DNA of 64,000 bases from Chloroflexota bacterium (GTDB taxonomy: Bacteria; Chloroflexota; Limnocylindria; P2-11E). The notes beneath the pieces were generated by a model that worked only from the letters and a program-made list of their open reading frames with translations, did not search any database and was not told the DNA's origin. How positions within the stretch are numbered: the first letter of the stretch is position 1; each line of letters starts with the position of its first letter. Shown in pieces: positions 45,358-54,241 of this stretch. Location of the stretch: assembly GCA_005889405.1 (NCBI GenBank), contig VBFY01000014.1, positions 2,542-66,541 of the forward strand, written 5' to 3'. A program made the translations under genes and the position numbers.

Positions 45358-46932
45358 TCAGCGCGCCGCGGTGGCGGCCTTCTCCTTCTCGGCCAGCTCG
45401 CGCCGCAGGATCTTGCCCGACGCGGTGCGCGGCACCTTGTCGATGAACTCGATCTCGCGCACGCGCTTGTAGTCGGCGATGCGCTCCTTCACGAAGTCCA
45501 TGAGCTCGTCGGCCGTGACCGTCGCGCCCGCACGGAGCTGCACGAACGCCTTCGGGATCTCGCCCGCAGCTTCATCCGGCTTGCCGATCACTCCTGCGTC
45601 GGCGACGGCTGGGTGCTCGCAGAGCACCGCTTCGACCTCCGCCGGCCCCACGCCGAATCCTTTGTACTTGATGAACTCCTTCTTGCGGTCGACGATGAAG
45701 ACGTAGCCCTTCTCGTCGACCTTGCCGACGTCACCGGTGAAGAACCAACCGTCGCGAAGTACCGCGGCCGTGTCGTCCGGCTTTCGCCAGTAGCCGCGCA
45801 TGACCTGTGGTCCGCGGACCGCGATCTCACCGACCTCACCTGGCGCGAGATCGCGTGTTCCGGTCTCGAGGTCGACGATCCGGTGCTCGGTCCCCGGTAC
45901 CGTCCGGCCGATCGAGTCGATGATCGCCGCATCTATCGGGTTCGCGTGCGTCACGGGCGATGTCTCGGTAAGTCCGTAGCCCTGGATGATCGGAATGTGC
46001 GTCCGCTCGACGAGCCTGCGCGCTGGCTCGGGCGCGAGCGGCGCGGCGCCGCTGAAGAAGAAGCGCACCGACGAAAGGTCGTGGCGGTCCACCTCGGGAT
46101 GGGCGGCCAGCCCCAGAACGATCGGCGGCACGATGAAGCAGACCGTCGCTTTGTGCCGCTCGACGAGCGTGAGGTACTCGACCATGTCGAAGCGAGACAT
46201 GACGACCTGCGTCGCGCCGAGGCTGACCGCGCCGGCCATCAGCAGGTTGAGCGCATAGATGTGGAAGTACGGCAACACGTTGACAAAGACGTCCTCGCGG
46301 CGCACCGGCGCCGCCGCGAAGAACTGCTGCTGGTTCGCGGTGAGGTTGCGGTGCGTCAGCATCACGCCCTTGGGGAAGCCCGTGGTCCCGCTGGTGTACG
46401 GAAGAGCCGCGAGCTCGTCGAGGTCCGCGCGGAGCGCGGGCGCCGCTCCACTCTCCGAAACGAGGTCGTCGAAGCGCGTGACGTCGACGCCCGGCGCATT
46501 TCCTGTCCGCGACAGCAGGCGGTCTTCGCCGAGCTCCACCCGGATCGGCTCGACGACCTGCCAGAGCGCCTCGTGCACGAGGACCGCCTTCGCTCCGGAA
46601 TCCTCGACCTGGAAGCGCACCTCGCGCTCCTTCGACTGCGCGTTGATCGGGTTCACGACCCCGCCGGCTTTCAGGGTCGCGTAGAACGCGATGACGAACT
46701 CGATCGAGTTCGGCATGAAGAGCGTCACCCGGTCGCCTCGGGCGATGCCGCGTCGTGCGAGGGCACCCGCGAGGCGGTCGCTCGCGGCGTCGAGCTCGGC
46801 GTAGGTGACGACGCGATCGCCGTGGATCAGCGCGGGCTTCATCGCCACCTCCCGGGCGACCTCGCGAAGTCGGTCGTGCAGCGCGACCTCGCGGTACGTG
46901 AAGGCCGTCGAATTCCGTGTCTTGAGCGTCAT
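45358..46932 (-). CDS. Acyl/aryl-CoA ligase (4-coumarate-CoA ligase-like)
   Basis: YTSGTTGFPKG, QGYGLTE, TGD, DRKKE, GKILRR; GGAGG RBS. Confidence 0.92.
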   Translation of the reverse strand: MTLKTRNSTAFTYREVALHDRLREVAREVAMKPALIHGDRVVTYAELDAASDRLAGALARRGIARGDRVTLFMPNSIEFVIAFYATLKAGGVVNPINAQSKEREVRFQVEDSGAKAVLVHEALWQVVEPIRVELGEDRLLSRTGNAPGVDVTRFDDLVSESGAAPALRADLDELAALPYTSGTTGFPKGVMLTHRNLTANQQQFFAAAPVRREDVFVNVLPYFHIYALNLLMAGAVSLGATQVVMSRFDMVEYLTLVERHKATVCFIVPPIVLGLAAHPEVDRHDLSSVRFFFSGAAPLAPEPARRLVERTHIPIIQGYGLTETSPVTHANPIDAAIIDSIGRTVPGTEHRIVDLETGTRDLAPGEVGEIAVRGPQVMRGYWRKPDDTAAVLRDGWFFTGDVGKVDEKGYVFIVDRKKEFIKYKGFGVGPAEVEAVLCEHPAVADAGVIGKPDEAAGEIPKAFVQLRAGATVTADELMDFVKERIADYKRVREIEFIDKVPRTASGKILRRELAEKEKAATAAR

Positions 46933-47210
46933 GCGGGCTCCTCCCCTGGCGCGCGCCGTGCGCCGGCGTGATTGTGACCAAACCACGCCGTGCTGTGTAA
47001 GCCGCCGGGAGGTGGCGATCAGGGCATTTCAGGATTGCGTCTGGTCAGCTCTGATCCTTACAGCGACGGAGACCCCACGTGGGGTCCTTATTAGTTCGGC
47101 CAGCGCACGTTTCTCGACCTTCCACTGAGCCGAAAAGGCTTCGACCGCGAAGCTGAAACCAACTTTCGTAGCACCAGCGCTGACGCAGGTCGACGCGCTG
47201 GTTCGATGCG

Positions 47211-47286
47211 GGTAGCCCGTACCGGATTCGAACCGGTGATCTCAGCCTTGAGAGGGCTGCATCCTAGGCCGCTAGACGAACGGGCC
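47211..47286 (-). tRNA. tRNA-Glu(CTC)
   Basis: GGCCCGT...ACGGGCT acceptor stem; CAGCC-CTCTCAA-GGCTG; GGTTCGAATCC; TACAAT upstream. Confidence 0.95.
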
Positions 47287-47334
47287 GTGGGCTTCCATTG
47301 TACCGAGCATGACCTCTCGCGGTCCTCTCGCCCG

Positions 47335-48336
47335 CTGAGCGATCTCGTCGCGCCGGGCATCCGGCGCATCGCCATTCCTCTCCCGATCCGCGGTCTCTCG
47401 ATCGTCAATGCATATCTCGTCGAGGGCGCACACGGCTGGAGCCTCATCGACGCCGGCATGCACACCGCGGAGGCCGAGCAAGCGCTTCGCGCCGGACTGG
47501 CCGACGCGGGGATCGGCCTCGAGGACGTGACACGAGTCTTTGTCACGCATCTTCATCCCGATCACATGGGCATGGCCGGGACGCTCGAGCGCGCCGGCGC
47601 CGACGTTCTCATGCATACGCCCGAGATCGCCGCCGCGAGACGGGTGTGGTCGAAAGGACACGAAATGATCGACGCGAGCTACGAGTGGTTCGTGCGCCAC
47701 GGAATGCCGCGCGACATCGACGAGGGCATGAGACAGGCGTGGATCGCGATGGGCGCACGCGTCGACGACCTCGACCATGTGAGCGGTGTTGACGACGGCG
47801 AGAGCGTCGATCTCGGCGGTCGCGCGACGCGCCTTCGCTGGACGCCGGGCCACACGGACTACCACGCGGTCCTGATCGACGAGCGCGATGGGGTGCTCTT
47901 CTCGGGCGATCACGTGCTTCCTCGCATCACGTCGAACATCGGGCTCTACCCATCCTCGCGCGACGATCCGCTCGGCGACTTCCTCGGCGCCCTCGCCCGG
48001 CTACGTGACCTGCCTGTGAAACGGGTGCTGCCCGCGCACGGCGATCCGTTCGATGACCTCGCCGGACGCATCGACGAGCTCCTGGCCCATCACGCCGCGC
48101 GCCTTGATGCGACGATCGCCGCGGTCGGTGAATCCGAACGCGACGCGTACACGATCGCCCGAATGCTCTTTCCTGTACTGCGCTCCCCGCACGAGGAGCG
48201 CTTCGCGCTCGCCGAGACACTTGCGCATCTCCGACATCTCGAGCGAAAGGGCCGCGTGCGCGAGATCGACGGATCGCCCGCGCAGTGGAGCGTCACGCAC
48301 GCGGCTCAGGGCAGCGTCATCGCCCCGGCGCCGTAG
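47335..48336 (+). CDS. MBL-fold metallo-hydrolase with C-terminal winged helix; start uncertain
   Basis: VNAYLV, THLHPDH, TPGHT, SGDHVL, PAHG, ETLAHL. Confidence 0.88.
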   Translation: MSDLVAPGIRRIAIPLPIRGLSIVNAYLVEGAHGWSLIDAGMHTAEAEQALRAGLADAGIGLEDVTRVFVTHLHPDHMGMAGTLERAGADVLMHTPEIAAARRVWSKGHEMIDASYEWFVRHGMPRDIDEGMRQAWIAMGARVDDLDHVSGVDDGESVDLGGRATRLRWTPGHTDYHAVLIDERDGVLFSGDHVLPRITSNIGLYPSSRDDPLGDFLGALARLRDLPVKRVLPAHGDPFDDLAGRIDELLAHHAARLDATIAAVGESERDAYTIARMLFPVLRSPHEERFALAETLAHLRHLERKGRVREIDGSPAQWSVTHAAQGSVIAPAP

Positions 48337-50060
48337 TACGCGGATGCGCGCTCGCGGAAGTAGCCGCCGTCGTCGTCGGCAGTGAGCGACGCGCGCGTAT
48401 TCGCCCCGATCGGCGCCGGATTCGTCACGCCGTCGCCGGCCGCGTCACAGGCGCAGGTCGTGCCATCGCCGCCGCGCCCGAACAGGAAGGCGATGACGCC
48501 GGCGCGCGCGTACGCGCTGAGATTGGCGCGACCAGGATCGTCGAAGAACCACTCGACCTTGTTGTCCTGGAAGTGGTCCCAGGTGTCGTTCATCGCCCGC
48601 ATCTTCGTATTGCCGAGCGGGATCTGCCACATCACGATCCTCTTCTGTGTTAGCGCGGAGAACCTTCCGATGAATCGCACGTTCCTCGCGAAGTCCTCGG
48701 GATACCACCAGGAGGCCCCGCCGTCACCGAGCTGGACGCGCTTGTACGCGGCGTCGGCATCGCTGAACTCGGCGAACACGAGATCGAAGCCGGTTCCAAG
48801 CGCGTTGAAGAAGGTCGCGGCGCGCGTCGCCCAGGTGTCGAGGGTCGCGTCCGCGGGTTTCTCGTAGAGGGGGTCGTGATTCGTCCCGAAGACCGAGAGC
48901 TGGTACGCGAGCAACACGTTCGGCGCGTAGGTATCGCGCAGCTTCACGATGGCACGCGCGAGCCCGACCGCATCATCGGGTAGACCGGCGAGATCGGGCG
49001 CACCGCTCGCGCCGACCAGGACCGGAGCGCGCGTCGGATCGTCGCCGTACCGCTGCTGGATGTATCCCCAGAGATCCGGCTCGACGTGCAGCAGGACCGT
49101 CGTCGCGCTCTGCGCGCCAGCCTTCTGGAAGAGGAGCTTGAGGTCGGCGTAGAACGCGGCCATGGTCGAGGCGTTCGCGAGATTGGCGAAGTCGCCCGCA
49201 GGCTCACCCATGGCGTTGCCCGGCGCGGATTGCCGGAGCTGGTAGTAGCTGAAGACCGGCATCATGCCGTACCGCGCGGACTCCTGGATGTACGTCGTCG
49301 GGAACTGCGCGTTGCTGTCCCAGGTCGTCCAGCCCTTTCCGGTGTTCACGCCACCCGAGAGGTATTGGTAACGAAAGGCAAATGGCGCGCTCGCGCGCAT
49401 CGCGGCCGCGCCGTTCGGCTCGTCGGTCATGCCGATCTCGAGTGAACGGCTGGGCCATCTCGACGGAAGCGGCGGCTGCGAGCCCACCGGCGCGGCACCG
49501 GGGACCGTGACGTACCAGAAGACGCCGTAGTCCTCCATCCACTGCGCACCCTCGATGAGCGGACGGATCGAGAGCCGGTAGGTGCCGGGGATCGACGGCG
49601 CGATCACAGTGAACTGGAACCACGCGACCTGACCCGGGCCGACGTACGACGCCGGTTGGACCGCGACGCGGTTGTACCGCGGCCAAGCGGTCGCCGGCGA
49701 GCCCGCGGTACCGTCGCCACCGAGCGCGCTCGCGCGATCCTGCCCTGGATCGGGCCCCCACGTGCCGAGATACGCGACCTCTCCCAATCGGCCGCTGACC
49801 CAACCACGCGATCCGGTGTTGTAGAACGCGACGACGGCGGTCGATCTGTCGCCCGGACAGAGCGTCGGGTATCCGCTCTGTCCGTACCACGCGGCGTGGA
49901 ACCCCGGAGTGCCGGAGGGGATGCTGGCTGGCGGCGGGATCCCCGGGCCGGCGCTGGAGACGCAGTCGACCGCGGCGGGCGCAGTCGCGTCGACAGCGAC
50001 GGGGAACTGAGCAAGGCCGGAGGCAACGAGAACGGCCGCGATCGCGAGACGTCTCACCAC
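48306..50060 (-). CDS. Secreted protein: Ig-like domain plus putative glycoside-hydrolase-like TIM barrel
   Basis: Signal peptide; YNTG...VGPGQVAWFQF; RYQYLSGG, HVEPDLWG, MWQIPLGN, DDDGGY. Confidence 0.75.
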   Translation of the reverse strand: MVRRLAIAAVLVASGLAQFPVAVDATAPAAVDCVSSAGPGIPPPASIPSGTPGFHAAWYGQSGYPTLCPGDRSTAVVAFYNTGSRGWVSGRLGEVAYLGTWGPDPGQDRASALGGDGTAGSPATAWPRYNRVAVQPASYVGPGQVAWFQFTVIAPSIPGTYRLSIRPLIEGAQWMEDYGVFWYVTVPGAAPVGSQPPLPSRWPSRSLEIGMTDEPNGAAAMRASAPFAFRYQYLSGGVNTGKGWTTWDSNAQFPTTYIQESARYGMMPVFSYYQLRQSAPGNAMGEPAGDFANLANASTMAAFYADLKLLFQKAGAQSATTVLLHVEPDLWGYIQQRYGDDPTRAPVLVGASGAPDLAGLPDDAVGLARAIVKLRDTYAPNVLLAYQLSVFGTNHDPLYEKPADATLDTWATRAATFFNALGTGFDLVFAEFSDADAAYKRVQLGDGGASWWYPEDFARNVRFIGRFSALTQKRIVMWQIPLGNTKMRAMNDTWDHFQDNKVEWFFDDPGRANLSAYARAGVIAFLFGRGGDGTTCACDAAGDGVTNPAPIGANTRASLTADDDGGYFRERASAYYGAGAMTLP

Positions 50061-50087
50061 CGCTGGAACGGCGACGCTCCCTTCGGG

Positions 50088-50702
50088 TTACGCGCCGGGG
50101 CTCCGATAGCGCTCGAGTGTCTTCGGGTCGTCCCAGCCGTTCGCTTTGAGGTGTCGCTCGACGACACCCAGCCCCTGCTCCGGGAAGACGTTGAGGCACA
50201 TCGGGTCGAGCATGAGGAAGAGCTGCGCGTCGCGCGTGCGCGGTACGACGAGCGCTCCCGCGAACGAATGCGCTTCGACCACGTGTGCGAGCGGTTCGGG
50301 TCCGCCGAGCTCGCGCACGATCCGCGCTGCTTCGATCGCGTGGTTGTATCCGGGGATCGCGGCGACCACGCCATCCTTCTCGACGAACTCGATGACCTTC
50401 GCGGCGTCGTGCACGTAGGACGCCGCGCGAAAGGTGTCGAGATCGAGATCTTGTTTCCAAAGCTCGCGGTAGATCGGGACGAGCGCTTCGCTGATCCGCA
50501 CCATCGCGACGACGTGCTTCACAAGGTTGCCATGTATCGCGATCGGCATCGTGGGATGAGGCGGTATGGCTTCGATGTCGGTCCATGCGGGATTCCGCTC
50601 CGAGACACTGCGCCACACATCGATCGAGAGCTTGCGCAGTCGCGCATCGGCGATGTCTTTGATCCCGGGAAACGCGCGGAGGACGTCGCTATCTGTCAGC
50701 AC
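50088..50702 (-). CDS. HD-domain protein
   Basis: LVKHV, YVHDAAK, NH, EAHS, D pattern. Confidence 0.8.
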   Translation of the reverse strand: MLTDSDVLRAFPGIKDIADARLRKLSIDVWRSVSERNPAWTDIEAIPPHPTMPIAIHGNLVKHVVAMVRISEALVPIYRELWKQDLDLDTFRAASYVHDAAKVIEFVEKDGVVAAIPGYNHAIEAARIVRELGGPEPLAHVVEAHSFAGALVVPRTRDAQLFLMLDPMCLNVFPEQGLGVVERHLKANGWDDPKTLERYRSPGA

Positions 50703-50757
50703 CACGCGCAGAATAGAATCTGATCGCGCTGGCTGTTTGTCGCTCGATCTCGAGCAT

Positions 50758-50828
50758 GCGGGTGTGGCGTAGTGGAAGCGTGCGACCCCTCCAAGGTTGA
50801 GGTGCGGGTTCGATTCCCGCCACCCGCT
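50758..50828 (+). tRNA. tRNA-Gly(TCC) with C in place of invariant U33
   Basis: GCGGGTG...CACCCGC-T; CGACC-CCTCCAA-GGTTG; GCGGG-TTCGATT-CCCGC. Confidence 0.88.
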
Positions 50829-51022
50829 CTGACTGTTTGATGGGAGTACAGCCAAAGAGCTCGCTCTGCCCAGGCCGAGGGTCAGTTCGTCAGCCACTCG
50901 CATCGGATCCTCGTGGAAGCGCAGAGCAAGGAACGAACGCCACACGGCTAAGCGAGCGCTCGCGAAATTGCGTCCGCGAACGCGCACCTCCACCATCCGC
51001 GCACTGCCACCGGAGGTACGTG

Positions 51023-52699
51023 ATGCGTCGTGCTTTCGCGTTCCTGCTCATCCTCGCCGTTCTCCTTCAACCCGGTGCGCCGCAGGCGCGCGCGGCGCAG
51101 AGCGAGTTCCGCGCCTTCTGGGTGGACGCGTTCGGCGAAGGCATCTTCAACGAGGTGGAGATTACGAAGCTCGTCGCGGCCACGAAGGCCGCGAACCTCA
51201 ACGCACTCGTCGTGCAGGTCGGACGCCGCGGCGACTGCTTCTGCAACCGCGCAATGATGCCGCGCACGCAGGCCGGCATCGCACCACTCCCATACGACCC
51301 GCTCGACTCGCTCATCGCCAAGGCGCACGCCGAGGGCATCAAGGTGCACGCCTGGATCATCACCACCGCCATCTGGAACAGCGTCACGCCGCCGCTCAAC
51401 GCGAACCACGTCTTCAACATGCACGGGCCGTCGAAGACGGGCGCGGACAACTGGATCTCGCGCCGTTACGACGGGGCCAATCGCGCCGGAGCCGACTACC
51501 TTCTCGATCCCGGCCATCCCGATGCCGCGGACTACATGGTGCGCATGTACACCAGCGTCGCATCGAATTACGACATCGACGGATTGAACTTCGACCGCGT
51601 GCGTCTGCCCGATCAGAATCTCGCGACATTCCCCGGCGTCTCGGCGTGGGGCTATAACCCTGTCGCCGTCGCGCGCTTCCAGCAGCTCACTGGCCGCGTC
51701 GATAACCCGCGCCCAGACGACGCCCAGTGGCTCGCCTGGCGTCGCGATCAGATCACGAACATCGTGCGCAAGGTCTACGTCGAGACCTATGCGATCAAGC
51801 CGCAGCTCGCGATCAGCGCTGACACGATCACGTACGGCTACGGTCCGGCGACCCAGGGCGGCTGGGAGATGACGCGCACCTACCGCGAGGTGCTGCAGGA
51901 CTGGCGTGGGTGGATGCAGGAGGGGATCCTCGATCTCAACATCCCGATGAACTACAAGCGCGAGCACTTCACGACCGAGCCGAACAACCAGCGGCGCATG
52001 TACCTGGAGTGGAACGAGTTCGCCCGCGACCATCAGTACGCGCGCCAGGTGGCCATCGGGTCCGCGATCTATCTGAATTTCGTCGCGAACAGCGTGATCC
52101 AGGTGCGCAAAGCGCTCACGCCGAACGCGAATGGGAACAGCGCGGTCGGCTGGGTGGGTTACTCGTACCGCACTCCGGACTGCTACACCAACAGCTCGGC
52201 CGAATGCCAGCCGCCGCGCTCCGGCGATCTGAGCCGCGCCGAGCTCACACGGGCGCTGACACAGCCGTCTGAGTACGACACTTTATTGCCGCCAGTGTTC
52301 TCGACGCCGGCGACGGTGCCGACGATGCCATGGAAGACGGCGCCGACGCGCGGCCATCTCGCCGGGACGGCGAAGACGAACACAGGGATCCCGCTCGATC
52401 AGATCCTCGTCGAGGTTCGCGATCCCGAGACCGATGCGCTAGTGATGGCACGATTCACCGACGGGCTCGGCTACGCCGCGTTCGTCGATCTTGCGCCAGG
52501 CCGCTACAAAGTCTTCATCCCAGATGACGCACGCGTCACCGGCAAGCGGGTCGAGCTTGTTGACGTCTCAGCCGGCGCGGTCGCGCGCTTCGCGATCACG
52601 CCGTTCGCCAAGGGCAATGAAGGTCGCAGGCCGCCGAAGGGGACGACGCCAGGGTTCGACCCGATGGAGGAGCAGGACCTATCGAACGGCGAGCGCTGA
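51023..52699 (+). CDS. Secreted glycosyl hydrolase-like 10 (DUF187/YddW-type) protein with C-terminal beta domain
   Basis: Signal peptide, EFRAFWVD, QVGRRGD, VHAW, LDPGHP, YDIDGLNFDRVR, QDW, PMNY. Confidence 0.88.
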   Translation: MRRAFAFLLILAVLLQPGAPQARAAQSEFRAFWVDAFGEGIFNEVEITKLVAATKAANLNALVVQVGRRGDCFCNRAMMPRTQAGIAPLPYDPLDSLIAKAHAEGIKVHAWIITTAIWNSVTPPLNANHVFNMHGPSKTGADNWISRRYDGANRAGADYLLDPGHPDAADYMVRMYTSVASNYDIDGLNFDRVRLPDQNLATFPGVSAWGYNPVAVARFQQLTGRVDNPRPDDAQWLAWRRDQITNIVRKVYVETYAIKPQLAISADTITYGYGPATQGGWEMTRTYREVLQDWRGWMQEGILDLNIPMNYKREHFTTEPNNQRRMYLEWNEFARDHQYARQVAIGSAIYLNFVANSVIQVRKALTPNANGNSAVGWVGYSYRTPDCYTNSSAECQPPRSGDLSRAELTRALTQPSEYDTLLPPVFSTPATVPTMPWKTAPTRGHLAGTAKTNTGIPLDQILVEVRDPETDALVMARFTDGLGYAAFVDLAPGRYKVFIPDDARVTGKRVELVDVSAGAVARFAITPFAKGNEGRRPPKGTTPGFDPMEEQDLSNGER

Positions 52700-52716
52700 T
52701 CAGCTTCGCCCTGGGT

Positions 52717-53859
52717 CTACGCCGGGACGGAGACCCTCTGGGCCGGGACGGAGACCCTCGAGCCGACGCCAAGCCGTTCCTGCCTGAACGGCACTTTCGC
52801 GCGGCGCCGCAGATCCTCGAAAGCGGCGCGCTGCGTCTCGTTCACGAACGTGAACGCGACGCCCCGCCGTCCGGCGCGGCCGGTACGCCCGGTGCGGTGG
52901 ACGAACGTCTCGGCGTCCTCGGGGAAATCGAAGTTCACGACGTGACCGATGTCGTCGACGTGGATGCCACGCGCGGCGAGGTTGGTCGCGACGAGCGTGG
53001 GAATGCGGCCGCTGCGGAATCCCTCGAGCACGCGCTCGCGTTCGTGCTGTCCAACGTTGCCGTGCAGCGCGCGCGCCGGGCTGCCGAGGCGCTCGAGCGC
53101 TTTCACCAGCTTGTCCGCGCCGTGCTTCGTTCGCCGGAAGACAAGCGTCCGCACGACGTCCTCGCGACGCAGGATCTCGTGCAGCGCGGCGACCTTGTCG
53201 GATTCGCGTACCTGGATCCAGGCCTGGTCGATCGCCGCGATGGTCGGCTCTTCGGGTTTGATCGTCACGCTGACCGGATCCCTGGTGTAGCGCCGGGCGA
53301 CGGCACGAACGTCGTTCGTGAGCGTCGCAGAGAACAGCGCGGTCTGCCGCGGTCCCTTGAGGAGCGCGACGATGCGCGCGATGTCGGGAGCGAAACCAAG
53401 GTCGAGCAGCCGGTCCGCCTCATCGAGCACGAGGATGCGGATCTGCGAAAGGTTGAGCGTGCGACGCGAGGCGAGATCGAGGAGACGGCCCGGCGTGCCG
53501 ACGACGACGTGCGCGCCGCGACGAAGCGCGTCTTCCTGCGCGCGGTAGCCGACACCACCGTATACGGCGACGACGCGCGCGTTCCGGTAGCGACCGAGTG
53601 TTTCGAACTCTTTGGCGACCTGCTGGCCAAGCTCGCGCGTCGGTACGACGACCAGGGTGAACGGCGGGCCGGCGCGTCCGACGACGCGCTCGAGGATCGG
53701 CAGCGCGAAGGCGCCGGTCTTGCCGGTGCCGGTCTGCGCCTGGGCAAAGAGGTCGCGGCCTGCGCGGAGCGGCGGTATCGCGAGCTCCTGAACAGGCGTG
53801 AAGATGGTCCAGCCGAGCTGCTTCACAGCACGGTCGAGATCGGGGGTAAGCGAGATCAA
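52717..53859 (-). CDS. DEAD-box RNA helicase (minimal core)
   Basis: AQTGTGKT, PTREL, TPGR, DEAD, SAT, HRTGRTGR; AAGGA RBS before TTG. Confidence 0.95.
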   Translation of the reverse strand: MISLTPDLDRAVKQLGWTIFTPVQELAIPPLRAGRDLFAQAQTGTGKTGAFALPILERVVGRAGPPFTLVVVPTRELGQQVAKEFETLGRYRNARVVAVYGGVGYRAQEDALRRGAHVVVGTPGRLLDLASRRTLNLSQIRILVLDEADRLLDLGFAPDIARIVALLKGPRQTALFSATLTNDVRAVARRYTRDPVSVTIKPEEPTIAAIDQAWIQVRESDKVAALHEILRREDVVRTLVFRRTKHGADKLVKALERLGSPARALHGNVGQHERERVLEGFRSGRIPTLVATNLAARGIHVDDIGHVVNFDFPEDAETFVHRTGRTGRAGRRGVAFTFVNETQRAAFEDLRRRAKVPFRQERLGVGSRVSVPAQRVSVPA

Positions 53860-53879
53860 CTGATTTCCTTTGCGGGCAC

Positions 53880-53911
53880 AAAAAAGCGAGCCGAAATGTG
53901 ACTCGGCTCGC
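53880..53911 (-). terminator. Intrinsic terminator immediately upstream of the helicase RBS
   Basis: GCGAGCCGAG-TCACAT-TTCGGCTCGC-T6 on the minus strand. Confidence 0.8.
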
Positions 53912-53959
53912 CTGCTTCTTGATGGACCCGAGTGATTTTCTTACATCAGACTAACACAC

Positions 53960-54124
53960 CTACTTCGACGACTTCTTCGTCTCGCCCTTCTCAGCGCGAG
54001 TCTTGTTCACCGTCGCCGCGGCGATGCGCTCGGCGGTCCCTTCCGGGCGACCCCGCTCCTCCTCGCTTTCCTTGATGTGCTCGTACTGACGCTCGCGCTT
54101 CGCGGTCCAAGCTTTCTGCGGCAC
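53960..54124 (-). CDS. Small basic stress-type protein (54 aa)
   Basis: KRERQYEHIKES...RIAAATVNK; AGGAGGT RBS. Confidence 0.8.
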   Translation of the reverse strand: MPQKAWTAKRERQYEHIKESEEERGRPEGTAERIAAATVNKTRAEKGETKKSSK

Positions 54125-54241
54125 CACACACCTCCTGATCGCGTCCACTGCATGACGCGTGCTCGTCGCTCCCTTACTGATGGAGCGGGCGGAGCCGCTC
54201 CAGAAAGCCGGGGCCGAAGGCGGAGGTTACAGTCGTCCGAG

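Noticed and set aside
46980-47125. Minus-strand frame VEGRETC...CKDQS-TGA-PDAILKC as a third selenoprotein
   Set aside because: No start signal, atypical codon usage, no convincing SECIS or recognisable motif.
20449-50828. Prophage or genomic island at any of the three tRNAs
   Set aside because: No integrase, transposase, phage gene or duplicated tRNA 3' end (att repeat) seen in the window.
50088-50996. Track ORFs extended through tRNAs (50088-50996 and 47206-48336)
   Set aside because: The extensions translate tRNA sequence (GWRESNP, ARTGFEP); the true starts are downstream.
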